A DNA stretch of 64,000 bases from assembly GCF_964355755.1 (NCBI RefSeq), contig NC_092673.1, forward strand, positions 17,667,648 through 17,731,647. The letters run 5' to 3'. This stretch comes from Antedon mediterranea. Taxonomy: Eukaryota; Animalia; Echinodermata. The notes beneath the pieces are model-generated. The model was not told the DNA's origin, ran no database searches, and saw nothing but the letters and a program-made list of their open reading frames with translations. Made by a program: the position numbers and the translations under genes. Below are positions 45,983 to 59,800 of the stretch, piece by piece. The stretch's first letter is position 1. Every line of letters begins with the position of its first letter.

Positions 45983-47889
45983 TTGGTGAACACTACAAGG
46001 GTGATCACTATCTTTTGCTCAAATTCAGAGGCTTAAAATTGGTGAACACTACAAGGGTGATCACTATCGTTTGCTCAAATGCTGCCTATGTTATCACTTG
46101 TCTATTGTTTAATAGCACATGAATTGTTCAATAAACTTGTGTTAAAATGTTAATATCAAACCTACTAATGTCTACTGTTGGAGATTACAAAGGTCACAGA
46201 AGGTAGGCTGCTGAATATCTTGTACTAAGTATATATTGAACAAAACATGTCTGACGTGAAAATATAAAAAGGTGTATTAGCCTGATAGTACAGTGATACG
46301 CCGTATTCTTAAACCGGACTTTAGTCTAGTCTAGTTTGAGCTACGGGGCTCTAGCTCTAGTTTTCAACATTTTCTTGGTACAGCCCCAACCATAAAGCTG
46401 GTCATAGGTACTTATAAATTTCATTTCATATTTCAAAGCACAATAAGTGCATTTTCCAGGACACAGCTCTATTTTTTTCTTAGCTCAGTCCCTGCTTGTG
46501 GGTACGTTTTACATTCGTGTACATTTTCTATGGTACAATTTACCCGATAAATATAGGCATATTTTGAACTTTAAAGGTCACTTTATTTTTAAAATTGAAA
46601 AAATGGATTGCCACAGTCATTGCGCATCGGTTCATTTGTCGGTTTATATTTTGTTTCATGTTTTGAAGTATAATAAGTGCATTTTCCGGAACCTAACAGC
46701 TCTATTTTTCAAAAATTTCTTAGCTCAGTCCCAACCATGATAGGGACTTATATATTTTGTTTCATGTTTTGAAGTATAAAAATTCCAATTTCCGGGACCT
46801 CCAACTCTATTTTTCTAATGTTCTTAGCTCCATCCCAACCTTGGTGGGCTGGTTCTCCATAGACTTGTAATTTTCGTTACATACATCAATGTATAATTGC
46901 AATTTCCGAGGACCTAGCCGTTCTATCTTTCAAAATGTTCTTACACTACAGATCAGCCTAAGGCGCATATTTACAATTTTTGCACCCCCATACAGCAACC
47001 AGCTTACGCCTCTGCAATAAACAATATACCTCTTGGCCTGTGGGTACGTTTTACGTTTGCGTATATTTTCTATGCAACAACTCACACATAATTTGAAACT
47101 TTGAACATAATTTGAAAAATCCAGGGTACTGATAAATAATAATGATTTGTTGTGTTTATGTGGGTCTGTTATCCCTAGCAACAAGATATTCTGCTAAAGC
47201 CCATTTCAAAATGTGTTATCAATAGATGGTTCATAGATTATGTAGTAGTATGTAGAATATTACAAAATTGTTGACCAAATAACTGATACGTTTTTCTGAT
47301 ACTCGCAATTGCCTAGAGGGAGGTTTTTGCTGTTTTTTTGGGGTGTAATGTATAGCGGCTTAATTAAAGAAAAGTCATAATTGCTGTTTGGGAAAATGAA
47401 TCCACAAAACAATGTTTCCAGTTGTTGATCTGTCCATCATCCATATGAACAAAATGATTTTTTTAAATATTTAAAGATGAGACCATGGCCAGTTTATGCA
47501 CTTGTCAATTGTATGACCCACTATACGACCCCCGGGAGAGGTGCGTCATTTACAAATAATTACCGACGCAGGGGTGCGTCAAAAAACCTAGAAGGTACGT
47601 CACATCAATGAACGATGGTGTGTCAATGTCCGTCACTTTACCACTAAAAATATCATAAAAAACCTGGTCACGGTGCTTGTCACCTGTTCATCTCTTTCTT
47701 TTCGCTGCCTTTTTGTTGTGCGCAGTTTAATAAATAAAATAAATAATCTTCATTCAGTGATGCTAGCATACAGGTGCAATTGAATTGTCGTAGCCTTTAA
47801 TGCAAAAGTTTCTGTCTGATGGAATTATATTTTACCTTTCATATTTTCAGAAGACAATAATTGTTAAATGAAGACACTGTATTTTTACA

Positions 47890-50800
47890 ATGGAAAGGTA
47901 CGTTTTTAACAATTATTTCAAACAAAAATAACCAGCTCCAATATGTGTTGATATTATTGAAATATGTAACTATTAAAAACAGATTAAAATTTTTGAATAG
48001 TTATATTGAATAAATACACATACTGTACTTTATAAGGCCTAAAAAAAAAAAATTGTTTGTTTGCTGTCAAGTTTTTTTTTTTGGTAAGGGTGGAAAAAAG
48101 TTTTTTTTTTTTTTTTTTTTTTTTTTAATGTTAATTTCTCTTTTAATTGCTCGCGAATTTGAGAGTAACAAAACACACTGAATAAAACAACGAGCTCAAA
48201 CATCTATTCATAATTTGTTTCACACTTTAATTCTGTTTTGGTCGCGTTAGGCCCCGTGTCTAAACTAGCCTAGGCTAGAGGCCTACTACACAGTAGGTCG
48301 TTGTTAGCAGGCCTAATTAAATATTTTAATTTTTAGAAGTTAGTGTACCGCTAATGCTATTGTATATTTCGGTGTATAAGTCGCACCTGTGTATAATAGG
48401 ACGCACCCGACCCCTAACTGAGAGTAAAATATCGGTATTTTGTATATCGTCGATGTATAATACGGCCGCGCCCAGCCTCAACAAGAAGGGAAGTCCCCCA
48501 TTCCGTCAGTTCTTTCTAACTTGTTATGAATGAGTTTCGCACCCGCAACATCGAGTGCATGACCGCACGTACGTGTGTGTGGGCTAGCCTCGCTCGATCC
48601 TTTTATCGAGAGGCGCACGTTTTCACGGACAATCGTTTTCGATTAGTATCTATGTATCCTAGAAGTGTGTACGCTAGGTCTATGCTATAATCAACTAGAG
48701 AATATACTAGTCGAATACTGTGTACACAATGTGGTTGCCAAAGGGCTCGCTCGCGCTGGGGGTACGACGGTCCTGCGTATAACTATAATACTATTCCAAT
48801 CGTAAACGTTTTCAAATGAAATTTTATCGGAGCGCCTAAAACAGCTCCATAATGAACAAATCTTTTCATCATATTTAGTACAAAATCACGCTAAAATGCC
48901 TTGAAAACTAGCAGGTTGCTGTTACGCTAGTACACTGTAGCTAGGCTAGGCCTACTCTTTAGACTTTAGTAATACTAATAGGCCTAGGCCTTACCTTAAA
49001 AAGCCCAGGCCTAGCCAACGAGGTGGCGATATTTGTGTGTTGAGGCATTTATGTTCGGTGTATAAGACGCACCCTTAATTTAGAGGTTAAATTTGCGTGT
49101 CAAAAGTGCGATAATACACCGAAATATACGCTACGTTATTATTTTTATTGTTTCATCCTCGCACACTCGATTTTTACACCTTTTCGGCCAAAAAACTCAT
49201 AAAAAAAACTTTTTTTTAAAAAAGCGCCCTCAACGTAAAAAAAAAACTTTTTCTTATTTCCGCCCCAAATTTTTGGCGAAATTAGGGGCGGCGGATGACA
49301 GCAAACAAACTATTTTTTTTTTTTTGGCCTAATCATAATTTATAGGTCAAATAAAAAGAAAACACTTTGATTAAGATATTCTTATGAGAAAAATACTTCA
49401 AACTTTCTTAAAAGATTATGAAATCATAAATATTACAATTAACAGGCCCATCCTCATTAAATATAATAATAATATATTTACCTCAATCATCATTTTCATA
49501 AAAGAACATAATAATTCATTATTTTTACATTTTAACAGGAACAAATTACAAGATGCTTTCTACAGGAATGATTTGCAAAAAATTAAACAAATTTGTAAGA
49601 CGCAACCAGATCTTCTGAAATCTATCGATGAGGTATAAAAACAGATATATTTTTATAATATCAAAGAAGAATTCTTTTCATTAAAGTTTAACATTTAATA
49701 GTTTAAAGCTTTTTTACATAATGAATTACAATTCTTTTGCATGTACTGATTAACCACATTAGGCTAAAAATAATAATATAAATACACACTGATGATGGAG
49801 GTATAACCTGCATGCACTGATTAACCACATTAGGCTAAAAATAATAATATAAATACACACTGATGATGGAGGTATAACCTGCATGCACTGATTAACAACA
49901 TTAGGCTAAAAATAATAATATAAATACACACTGATGATGGAGGTATAACCTGCATGTACTGATTAACCACATTAGGCTAAAAATAATAATATAATACACA
50001 CTGATGATGGAGGTATAACCTGCATGTACTGATTAACCACATTAGGCTAAAAATAATAATATAATACACACTGATGATGGAGGTATAACCTGCATGCACT
50101 GATTAACAACATTAGGCTAAAAATAATAATATAAATACACACTGATGATGGAGGTATAACCTGCATGCACTGATTAACAACATTAGGCTAAAAATAATAA
50201 TATAATACACACTGATGATGGAGGTATAACCTGCATGTACTGATTAACCACATTAGGCTAAAAATAATAATATAAATACACACTGATGATGGAGGTATAA
50301 CCTGCATGCACTGATTAACAACATTAGGCTAAAAATAATAATATAAATACACACTGATGACGGAGGTATAACCTGCATGTACTGATTAACCACATTAGGC
50401 TAAAAATAATAATATAAATACACACTGATGATGGGTGTATAACCTGCATGTACTGATTAACAACATTAGGCTAAAAATAATAATACTGTATAAATACACA
50501 CTGATGACGGAGGTATAATCTGCATGTACTGATTAACCACATTAGGCTAAAAATAATAATATAAATACACACTGATGATGGAGGTATAACCTGCATGTAC
50601 TGATTAACCACATTAGGCTAAAAATAATAATATAAATACACACTGATGATGGAGGTATAACCTGCATGTACTGATTAACAACATTAGGCTAAAAATAATA
50701 ATATAAATACACACTGATGATGGAGGTATAACCTGCATGTACTGATCAACAACATTAGGCTAAAAATAACAATATAAATACACACTGATGATGGAGGTAT

Positions 50801-53800
50801 AACCTGCATGTACTGATTAACAACATTAGGCTAAAAATAATAATATAAATACACACTGATGGAGGAGGTATAACCTGCATGTACTGATTAACCACATTAG
50901 GCTAAAAATAATAATATAAATACACACTGATGATGGAGGTATAACCTGCATGTACTGATTAACAACATTAGGCTAAAAATAATAATATAAATACACACTG
51001 ATGATGGAGGTATAACCTGCATGTACTGATCAACAACATTAGGCTAAAAATAACAATATAAATACACACTGATGATGGAGGTATAACCTGCATGTACTGA
51101 TTAACAACATTAGGCTAAAAATAATAATATAAATACCCACTGATAATGGAGGTATAACCTGCATGTACTGATCAACCACATTAGGCTAAAAATAATAATA
51201 TAAATACACACTGATGACAGAGGTATAACCTGCATGTACTGATCAACCACATTAGGCTAAAAATAATAATATAAATACACACTGATGATGGAGGTATAAC
51301 CTGCATGCACTGATTAACCACATTAGGCTAAAAATAATAATATAAATACACACTGATGATGGAGGTATAACCTGCATGTACTGATTAACAACATTAGGCT
51401 AAAAATAATAATATAAATACACACTGATGATGGGGGTGTCACGAAACCTAAGACCATGAAAGCTAAGACCCCCTAAGACCTAAGACCACGAAAGCTAAGA
51501 TCCAAGACCTAAGATTACAAATTCTAAGATATACTACAGCTTAAAAACAATACTTGTTTATCCATACATAATTTTAAACATAGTAGGTTTCATTTATTAC
51601 CATAAATATAATTAAATACTACCGCAAAACATAGATAAACTCACGTTATTTTCGCCCGTTGTGTAAATGTATATTTTTTCTTTACAACAAACAAACTTGA
51701 CGGATTGTTTGTTGGTATATAATTACTCCAATTGTGTTGGTTCAGAGGATGTTTTTTTTTCGCACCTGCCTTTCTTGTATTTTGACTCCAAATTTGTTAA
51801 CTGACTTTATCCTGAATACCACACTTTAAAATTAGGACTTATAAACTTTCAGAAGGAGAAACACATAAAAACAAATAAATAAATCCTTTAAATTGATGAT
51901 TTTACAGACGTGTTTCTTTGTATACTGTAACTCCTCCCATGCTCAATGTTTTTGTTTCTATGGAGCGCCAAAAGAGCAACAATAATAGAACAAGTATAAA
52001 AACAGAAAGAAAACGAAAAAAAAAAACAAAAAAACTTATTATCATGATTTTTAAATAAAAATTTGTTTGCGAGTATTTATTTCTTCGTACTAGCATGATT
52101 ATACTATTATCATTACAATTTTAATTTTATATTGTTCCATCCACACTGTAGATGGACTCCACAGAGTTTTCAGCCCTCAATATAATTTTTGCTCTTTTGA
52201 CGTTCCATAGAAACAAAAACATTGAACATTGGGTAGGCCTACAGTCTGTACTCTGTAGGCTAGTCATGCAAAATTTGCAAACAGTATGTGTGCGAGAAAA
52301 ACGTCTGTAAAATCATCAATTTAAATATGTATTTGTTACTTTTTATGTGATTCTATTTCATAAAAGTGCTAATTCTAAGGTGTGGTATTCAGAATAAATG
52401 TTGGAGGTTAAAATACAAGGCAGGTGCGAAAGATAAATATTGTAATCTTAGGCCTTGGGTCTTAGCTTTCGTGATCTTACATCTTAGGAGGTCTTAGCTT
52501 TCGTGGTCTTAGGTTTCGTGACACCCCTGATGATGGAGGTATAACCTGCATGTACTGATCAACCACATTAGGCTAAAAATAACAATATAAATACACACTG
52601 ACGATGGAGGTATAACCTGCATGTACTGATTAACAAGATTAGGCTAAAAATAATAATATAAATACACACTGATGGAGGAGGTATAACCTGCATGTACTGA
52701 TTAACCACATTGGGCTAAAAATAATAATATAAATACACACTGATGATGGAGGTATAACCTGCATGTACTGATTAACCACATTAGGCAAAAAATAATATTA
52801 TAAATACACACTGATGATGGAGGTATAACCTGCATGCACTGATTAACCACATTAGGCTAAAAATAATAATATAAATACACACTGATGATGGAGGTATAAC
52901 CTGCATGTACTGATTAACAACATTAGGCTAAAAATAATAATATAAATACACACTGATGATGGAGGTATAACCTGCATGTACTGATTAACCACATTAGGCT
53001 AAAAATAATAATATAAATACACACTGATGATAGAGGTATAACCTGCATGTACTGATTAACCACATTAGGCTAAAAATAATAATATAAATACACATTGATG
53101 ATGGAGGTATAACCTGCATGTACTGATTAACCACATTAGGCTAAAAATAATAATATAAATACACACTGATGATGGAGGTATAACCTGCATGCACTGATTA
53201 ACAACATTAGGCTAAAAATAATAATATATACACACTGATGATGGAGGTATAACCTGCATGCACTGATTAACAACATTAGGCTAAAAATAATAATATAAAT
53301 ACACACTGATGATGGAGGTATAACCTGCATGTACTGATTAACCACATTAGACTAAAAATAATAATATAAATACACACTGATGATGGGGTGTATAACCTGC
53401 ATGTACTGATTAACCACATTAGGCTAAAAATAATAATATAAATACACACTGATGATGGAGGTATAACCTGCATGCACTGATTAACCACATTAGGCTAAAA
53501 ATAATTATATAACTAGATTTAATTCGTCACTATGACGAATTATAGGTTATATGCATTGATTTAAATCAAGATATATTGATTGATTGATTTTCTCAGAATC
53601 TTTAATTATTTTAATATATGATAGGATCTTGCTAACGGGAATACAATAGCCGGTATAACAATCCGATCAAAGATCCCTATGCGTATAAATAATGTCATAA
53701 ACCACATTATTACATAAGTAATAAAGACATTACTTACTTTTTTATCGATTTCATTATAAATTATGTGTACTAGAGGGTTTGCTCGCTTCGCTCGCGCACC

Positions 53801-56800
53801 CTCTAGTGGGTGTACCCGAATGGTTCTCGAAAACATGACCAACGCCTCTGGAAATTGAAGCCCGGGTGACACCTACAGTATGCACATGACTGATGAGTAA
53901 TGTATGTTTATTTTGTGATGTTTCATGGTGGTCCATAAATTAGGTACGCCAAAAATATCGCTTCCAGGGTAATATAGCAAATTAGAGTATATTGTGGTAG
54001 GGCAAGTTATAAGGTAACGTGGGTATTCTATGTGGGACTGTTGTTGTGAAATGCCATTAACGTTCTGATGAGGTAGTAAGAATGTGAATAAATAATTAGT
54101 TCAATTACTAAAACAAATTGTATTTCACGTAAAGTAAAGCCCACCCTTTATAATTGATTAGTTGAATATCTAAAACAAATAAATTGTAGTTCACGATTCA
54201 GTTGAATCACTAAAATCACATTGTAGTTCACGCAAAAGTAAAGGCTACTAAAACAAATTTTAGTTCACTAAAGTAAATGCCTTTTAGTTGAATATCTAAA
54301 ACAAATTAATTGCAGTAGTTCACGATCAGTTGAACACCTGAAATATTTGTATTTAATATTGAATGTCGCCACCAACGGCCATTTTGCAGGAAGCCGGAAG
54401 CCAGTTGAACAACAGCGCGAGTGTGTGAAAATAACCCTGTGATATCCACAAATTTCGATAGGTAACACTACATTTTGTCGTTGTAAAAGACAAAAATGGA
54501 ACAATAGCGTAGTACTGAAAACTAGTTATCAAATCTACGTTTCGCGGTACATATAAGTTAGATATGGTAGGTATCCAAGGCGGAGATTTATACTGAAGTT
54601 TTTCCATTGTGCTCGCCTCCTATATCAGAATTAACCATAATTTATATATAGATAATCTGTACACTAAAAAATAAAATCGAACAAACAATACGGATAACAA
54701 AAATTCTTTTTCCAAGGTGAGACTCGAACTCGTTACCTTGAGTGCTATCGACCACCGAGCCATACACAACTGACTAAAAGTTGTAGAAAGATTCCTCCAT
54801 GTATCTATGCAGTGACCACTTTGGTGCAGATAGATTATTACATACCGCAATGAATTATAATTTTTTACTATGATGACATCTTTAAAAATGTTATAAAAAT
54901 GATGCACTGTCAAACTATATACTTTTAACTTTGAATATATGAACTTTTGAAGGAAGAAAGTTAATGTTAAGTTTGTTGTTTTGGTCTAAGAAAATGTCAT
55001 AATTTGTTTGATTGTCGAAATTAATTTGTTTAAATTTAATATGCAATTAATGATGACTTAATCAACTTTTGTTCTCTTAATTTCATAATAAATCATACAT
55101 ATGATACATACACTTCAAGAAAATGAAATAAAAAATAGGTGTTCCCGAGCATTCTGACGATCTATATTAATTTTAAAATTTAGCATATTTTCACGATTTG
55201 TTAACTTACACGTGCGTAGCCTGTCACTTTTGACGTGCTCGTATAACGCAATTTAGCGTTGAAAAGAATAAAATATGATGATATTATTAAAGAAAGGTTG
55301 TACAACAGAAATCAGACAAAAATAGTGCGCATTAACATTTAACGCGCAGTGCGCGTGCAAAAATCTGCACACTCATGGCAATAAAATTGCCTGAAACGTA
55401 CTCTAATTTCATCGAAAATAAATTTTGACAATTTTGAAAATTTTAAGCGCATGTACGCATGCGTTATATGTGCTACGCACATAATTGTATGGCCATATGA
55501 TGAAATATGACCTGACATTTATGAGTACCAAATTTTGTTTAATTGTGATTCATGCTTGTGAAGATATGATTACAAACATGATTTCGTTAGACCGCGTAAT
55601 TTTTGATTGCGCACCGTGAAAACATAACCACATCGATTCCTGGCCATAAGGAATATATTCTGAAAAATTGACTTAGCTAGATGAAACTGATATCAAGATA
55701 ATTGACGGACAAAATAGTGCTAAGGAAAGAATATATAAAGAAATAAATAAATAAAGATTCTGACAGAATCAAGAGGTTATATGCATGATAATGCATATAA
55801 CCTAATAAATCAAAGCTTAGCAGAATCTAAATGAAGCATACAGGCCAATTTACACAGACGAGCGGTAACGGTAAGCAGTAATCGTGAGCGAAAAACCGTG
55901 TGGCTTTTCCTATTTACACAGCACGTGGAGTTCGCGAATGGAGTGGTGGAAAGTAGGTGCGTGTAGACCTCGAGGCTAATGCATGTTAAAGTCACTACTG
56001 GCCTGGATGTGACTGACTGTGTCAGTAGGCCTAGCACACACAGGCCTAAGTTTTAGAGGGATTTGTTGCCTAATAACGTACTAAAATGTATATTTTCTTT
56101 TCACTATCCTTATAGGAACAATAGTCACGTCGTAGGTGTTTGTATTTCTGAATAAAAAGACTCGACGGACGCCAAAAAAGTTGTTGATAGATGACGTCAT
56201 TTCAATCATGTCGTTGGTTGGCCAGAATCCATAATTACCGCGCGGTATTTTCACAAAATCGAATCAACCGCTCGTCCGCTCCGCGTTCTGTGTAACAGGT
56301 CATAGGAAATAACATAGATTCTATTTTTGCGTTTTCCGCTCAACTTTACCGCTCGTTTGTGTAAATTGGCCTTAACAAGACATGATTTTGTGAAAAATGT
56401 TACAATGAGAGAAAAATGTAAGCACTTTATTAAAACAAACCAAATGAAAATAATAACTAAATAGTTTATATAATTTATAACTGATTTAAAGTGAACTGTA
56501 GGCCTACCTGTCAAATACCATATATCTTTAATCTACTTATAATTCTTTTTGACAATGGTCTAATTAATTGTAAATGAAACGGGACAACTAGATTGACCAA
56601 TATTAAAGAACAAATAAAAAAATGTTTGAAACAAATTAATAGAATCTGATTTCAATAAAAAAGAATTATTACTTGTTAATAACCTGCTCCCTCCCTTACC
56701 TGACAAAAAAATACTTCTGTCAGTCTATCCAGCTAATTATGAACATGGTCTTAAAAAGATCCTTTTCCAACCTAGGATCTTTTTGTGCAAACATTTTGTA

Positions 56801-59800
56801 TGTACCAACTTTCTCTACCATTGAGTAAAAATTCTAGAAGTTGTATTTAATTTACTGAAACTTCCCATTACTTAAATTTATATATAGATTCAATAATCTG
56901 ATTATTGGCCTCATATTTTAATATCTCAACATTTGTTTGTACAAATTTCTGAAATATGTATTTTATTAATGTTCAAATTTTGTGATTGATAATGTACAGC
57001 AAGTAGATTTTAATGATTATTACATTAAGTAATAGTCTAACAATCTCTAGATCTGTATTTTCTATTTTTTCTCATTTATCTATAATGACAATTAGGATTA
57101 TTTAACACATTATGGTTTGTATTCATAGAAAACCAATTTCACATAATGTCTGTTGTCAGTATATAAAATTCATGATTATGATTCCTTTCCAGTATGGTGA
57201 CACTCCATTACATGGATATCTGAGATATGAAGATCCTACCTTAGATATAGTGAATTATCTCATTCAGCATGGGGCACCAGCAACATTGCAAAATAAGGTA
57301 ATAATGTACAGGGATTTGCTAGTGTAATAGGCTAACATTGTATTGATCTGCTGAAGTAAACTATTTAATTAATGAGAGAAAAAAATAAGCAAACAAAAAT
57401 CAAACAAAACAAACCAAATAAAAATAATAACTAAATAGTTATATATGATTTATGATAACTGATTTAAAGTGTACAGTTACCTATCACATAACATATATCT
57501 TTAATTTTCTTAATGAACAAAAAAATCTACTTGTAATTTTTTTTTAATCAGTATAATTTTGTTTACATATTTATGACCGTAAAACAAATATATATTGCTC
57601 ATATGTAGCTGTAAAGATAACAATGATTGACAATGGTCTAGTTAATTGTAAATATGAAATAAAATGGGACAACTACAGTATGTTGACAAATAATAAGATA
57701 GCAAATAAAAAAATGTTTATGCTATTGTTAATAAAAAAGAATTAGTAATTGTTAATAACCTGCTTCTGTCAGTCTATCCAGCTAATTATGAACATGGTCT
57801 TAAAGAGATCCTTTTTCAATCTAGGATCATTTTGTGCAAACATTTTGTCGCAAAAGGCAGAGAAATACAATGCAATTTTAAAAAGAAAGGTCTCTTATTT
57901 TATGACTTTCGTTTAAAAAATTTATTCTAATAAAGTTGCTAGTTAAAATTTAATATAATAGTGCCAACAGATGGTTCTCAAATACATGACCTTTGGTCAA
58001 TAACTGAAAATTGCCTAAGGGCCTGTTTCTGCTGAGCAGAAATAATCGATTATTAACCAATTATTTTTTTAATCGATTATTTTTGGGCAGCAGAAATGGC
58101 GCAAAATGAAATAACCGATTAAAAAATAATCGATTAAAAACACTCAATCCATTGCATGTTTTAACCGATTATTTCTTGTTTTAACCGATTATTGCGGAGC
58201 AGTTTTGAGCTGCAACATACATAGCGATTATTGACCGCACTTTGACCTCTAGAGTATGGCAACCCTCACTCACAAAGTATGCTGTTTATTTGCCCGATCG
58301 ATGACGATCAGCAAAACAACGATGTGGACCGATGAGATAACTTTTGATTGTTATTATTTTGTGGGAATTATACCGAGAGACTCCAGGATTCTGCGTTACA
58401 AGAACAACGTTACATCCCTCCCAGTCCAGGCTACGATGCTTTGCATGTCTTTGTTTAGTCCTGTTGTTTTCGTTAGAAATTATAGCCCAGCTAGGCCCTA
58501 CCCTAGAGTAGAACCAATAGCGAAACGAACTTTCTTGCCGACGTGCCCTTATTAATATACATCATTATTCTGTTGTATGTGGTACGGTAGTAGGCCTAGA
58601 TGTTTATTTTACAAATAATATAGCTTTACGTAAGAGTTCAATTTTAAATTTTTAATCCTACATGTGAGAGTTTTAGGCAGCGATAGGATGTAAACAAACC
58701 AACTCTCATCGGCCTTCCATAACTTGAACTGCGTTGTGGGTATGGATGACGTGATTTTTAAAAAGCTATTACCAGATAACCGATTAACGTCAGAGAACAT
58801 TTACAGTTGCAACACGGTCAATTCTGTGGTTTGTGGTACTTAGGAAAATCGATTATTTTTATTTTTATTTTTTCAGCAGAAACAGACCCTTAGTCACACT
58901 GTACACAAAGCAAATAAATACAGATATGTTGGAATTTGTGCAGTCAAATATAATTGTCATCCTGAGAATTACCTTAATTTTGTTTATTGCATGGTATTGT
59001 TCACCAAATTCCTGTCTTGGTACATTTGATGATGGGATGGTATAAAGGCTTCATGATATGATATGATCTTCATTGAGGAAAATGGTTTAAACTAAATTTG
59101 TTTTAATCGTTAATATCTAATATCTTAATAGCTTAATTATGATAATGGTTTCATTGGGTGTTAAAAATCAGTACCAAAAGTATGTACTAACTTTCTCTAC
59201 CATTGAGTAAAAATTCTAGAAATTGCACTTAATTTACTGAAATTTCCCATTACCTAAATTTATATATAAATTCATTAAACTGCTTATTAGCCTCAAATTG
59301 TTACCATCTCAACATTTGTTTGTACAATTTTATGAAATATGTATTTTATTAATGTTCAAATTTTGTGATTGATAATGTACAGCAAGTAGATTTTAATGAT
59401 TACTTACATTAAGTAATAGGCTAACAATCTCTAGATCTGATCCATGGTAAGATATTCTATTTTGTTCTCATTTATCAATCATGTCAATTAGGATTATTGA
59501 CTACATTATTTAGCAGTAATTCTTGCTATGGTTTGGGTTGACAAAAAAAACCCCCAATTTCACGTAATGTCTGTTGCCAATATTACACCAGCAACATTGC
59601 AAAAGAAGGTAATTATGTACAGGGATTTGCTAGTGTAATAGGCTAACATTCTATAGATATGATGTGGTAAACCATTCTATTTTGTTCTACTCATTTATTA
59701 ATAATGATATTTATGATTATTTACCACTTTATTTAGCAGCAAATGTTGTTGTTTGTATTGAAAAAAAACAAACAATTTCACATAATGTCTGTTGTCAGTA

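Noticed and set aside
53136-53488. Repetitive hydrophobic ORFs
   Set aside because: Translations of the 71-bp satellite.
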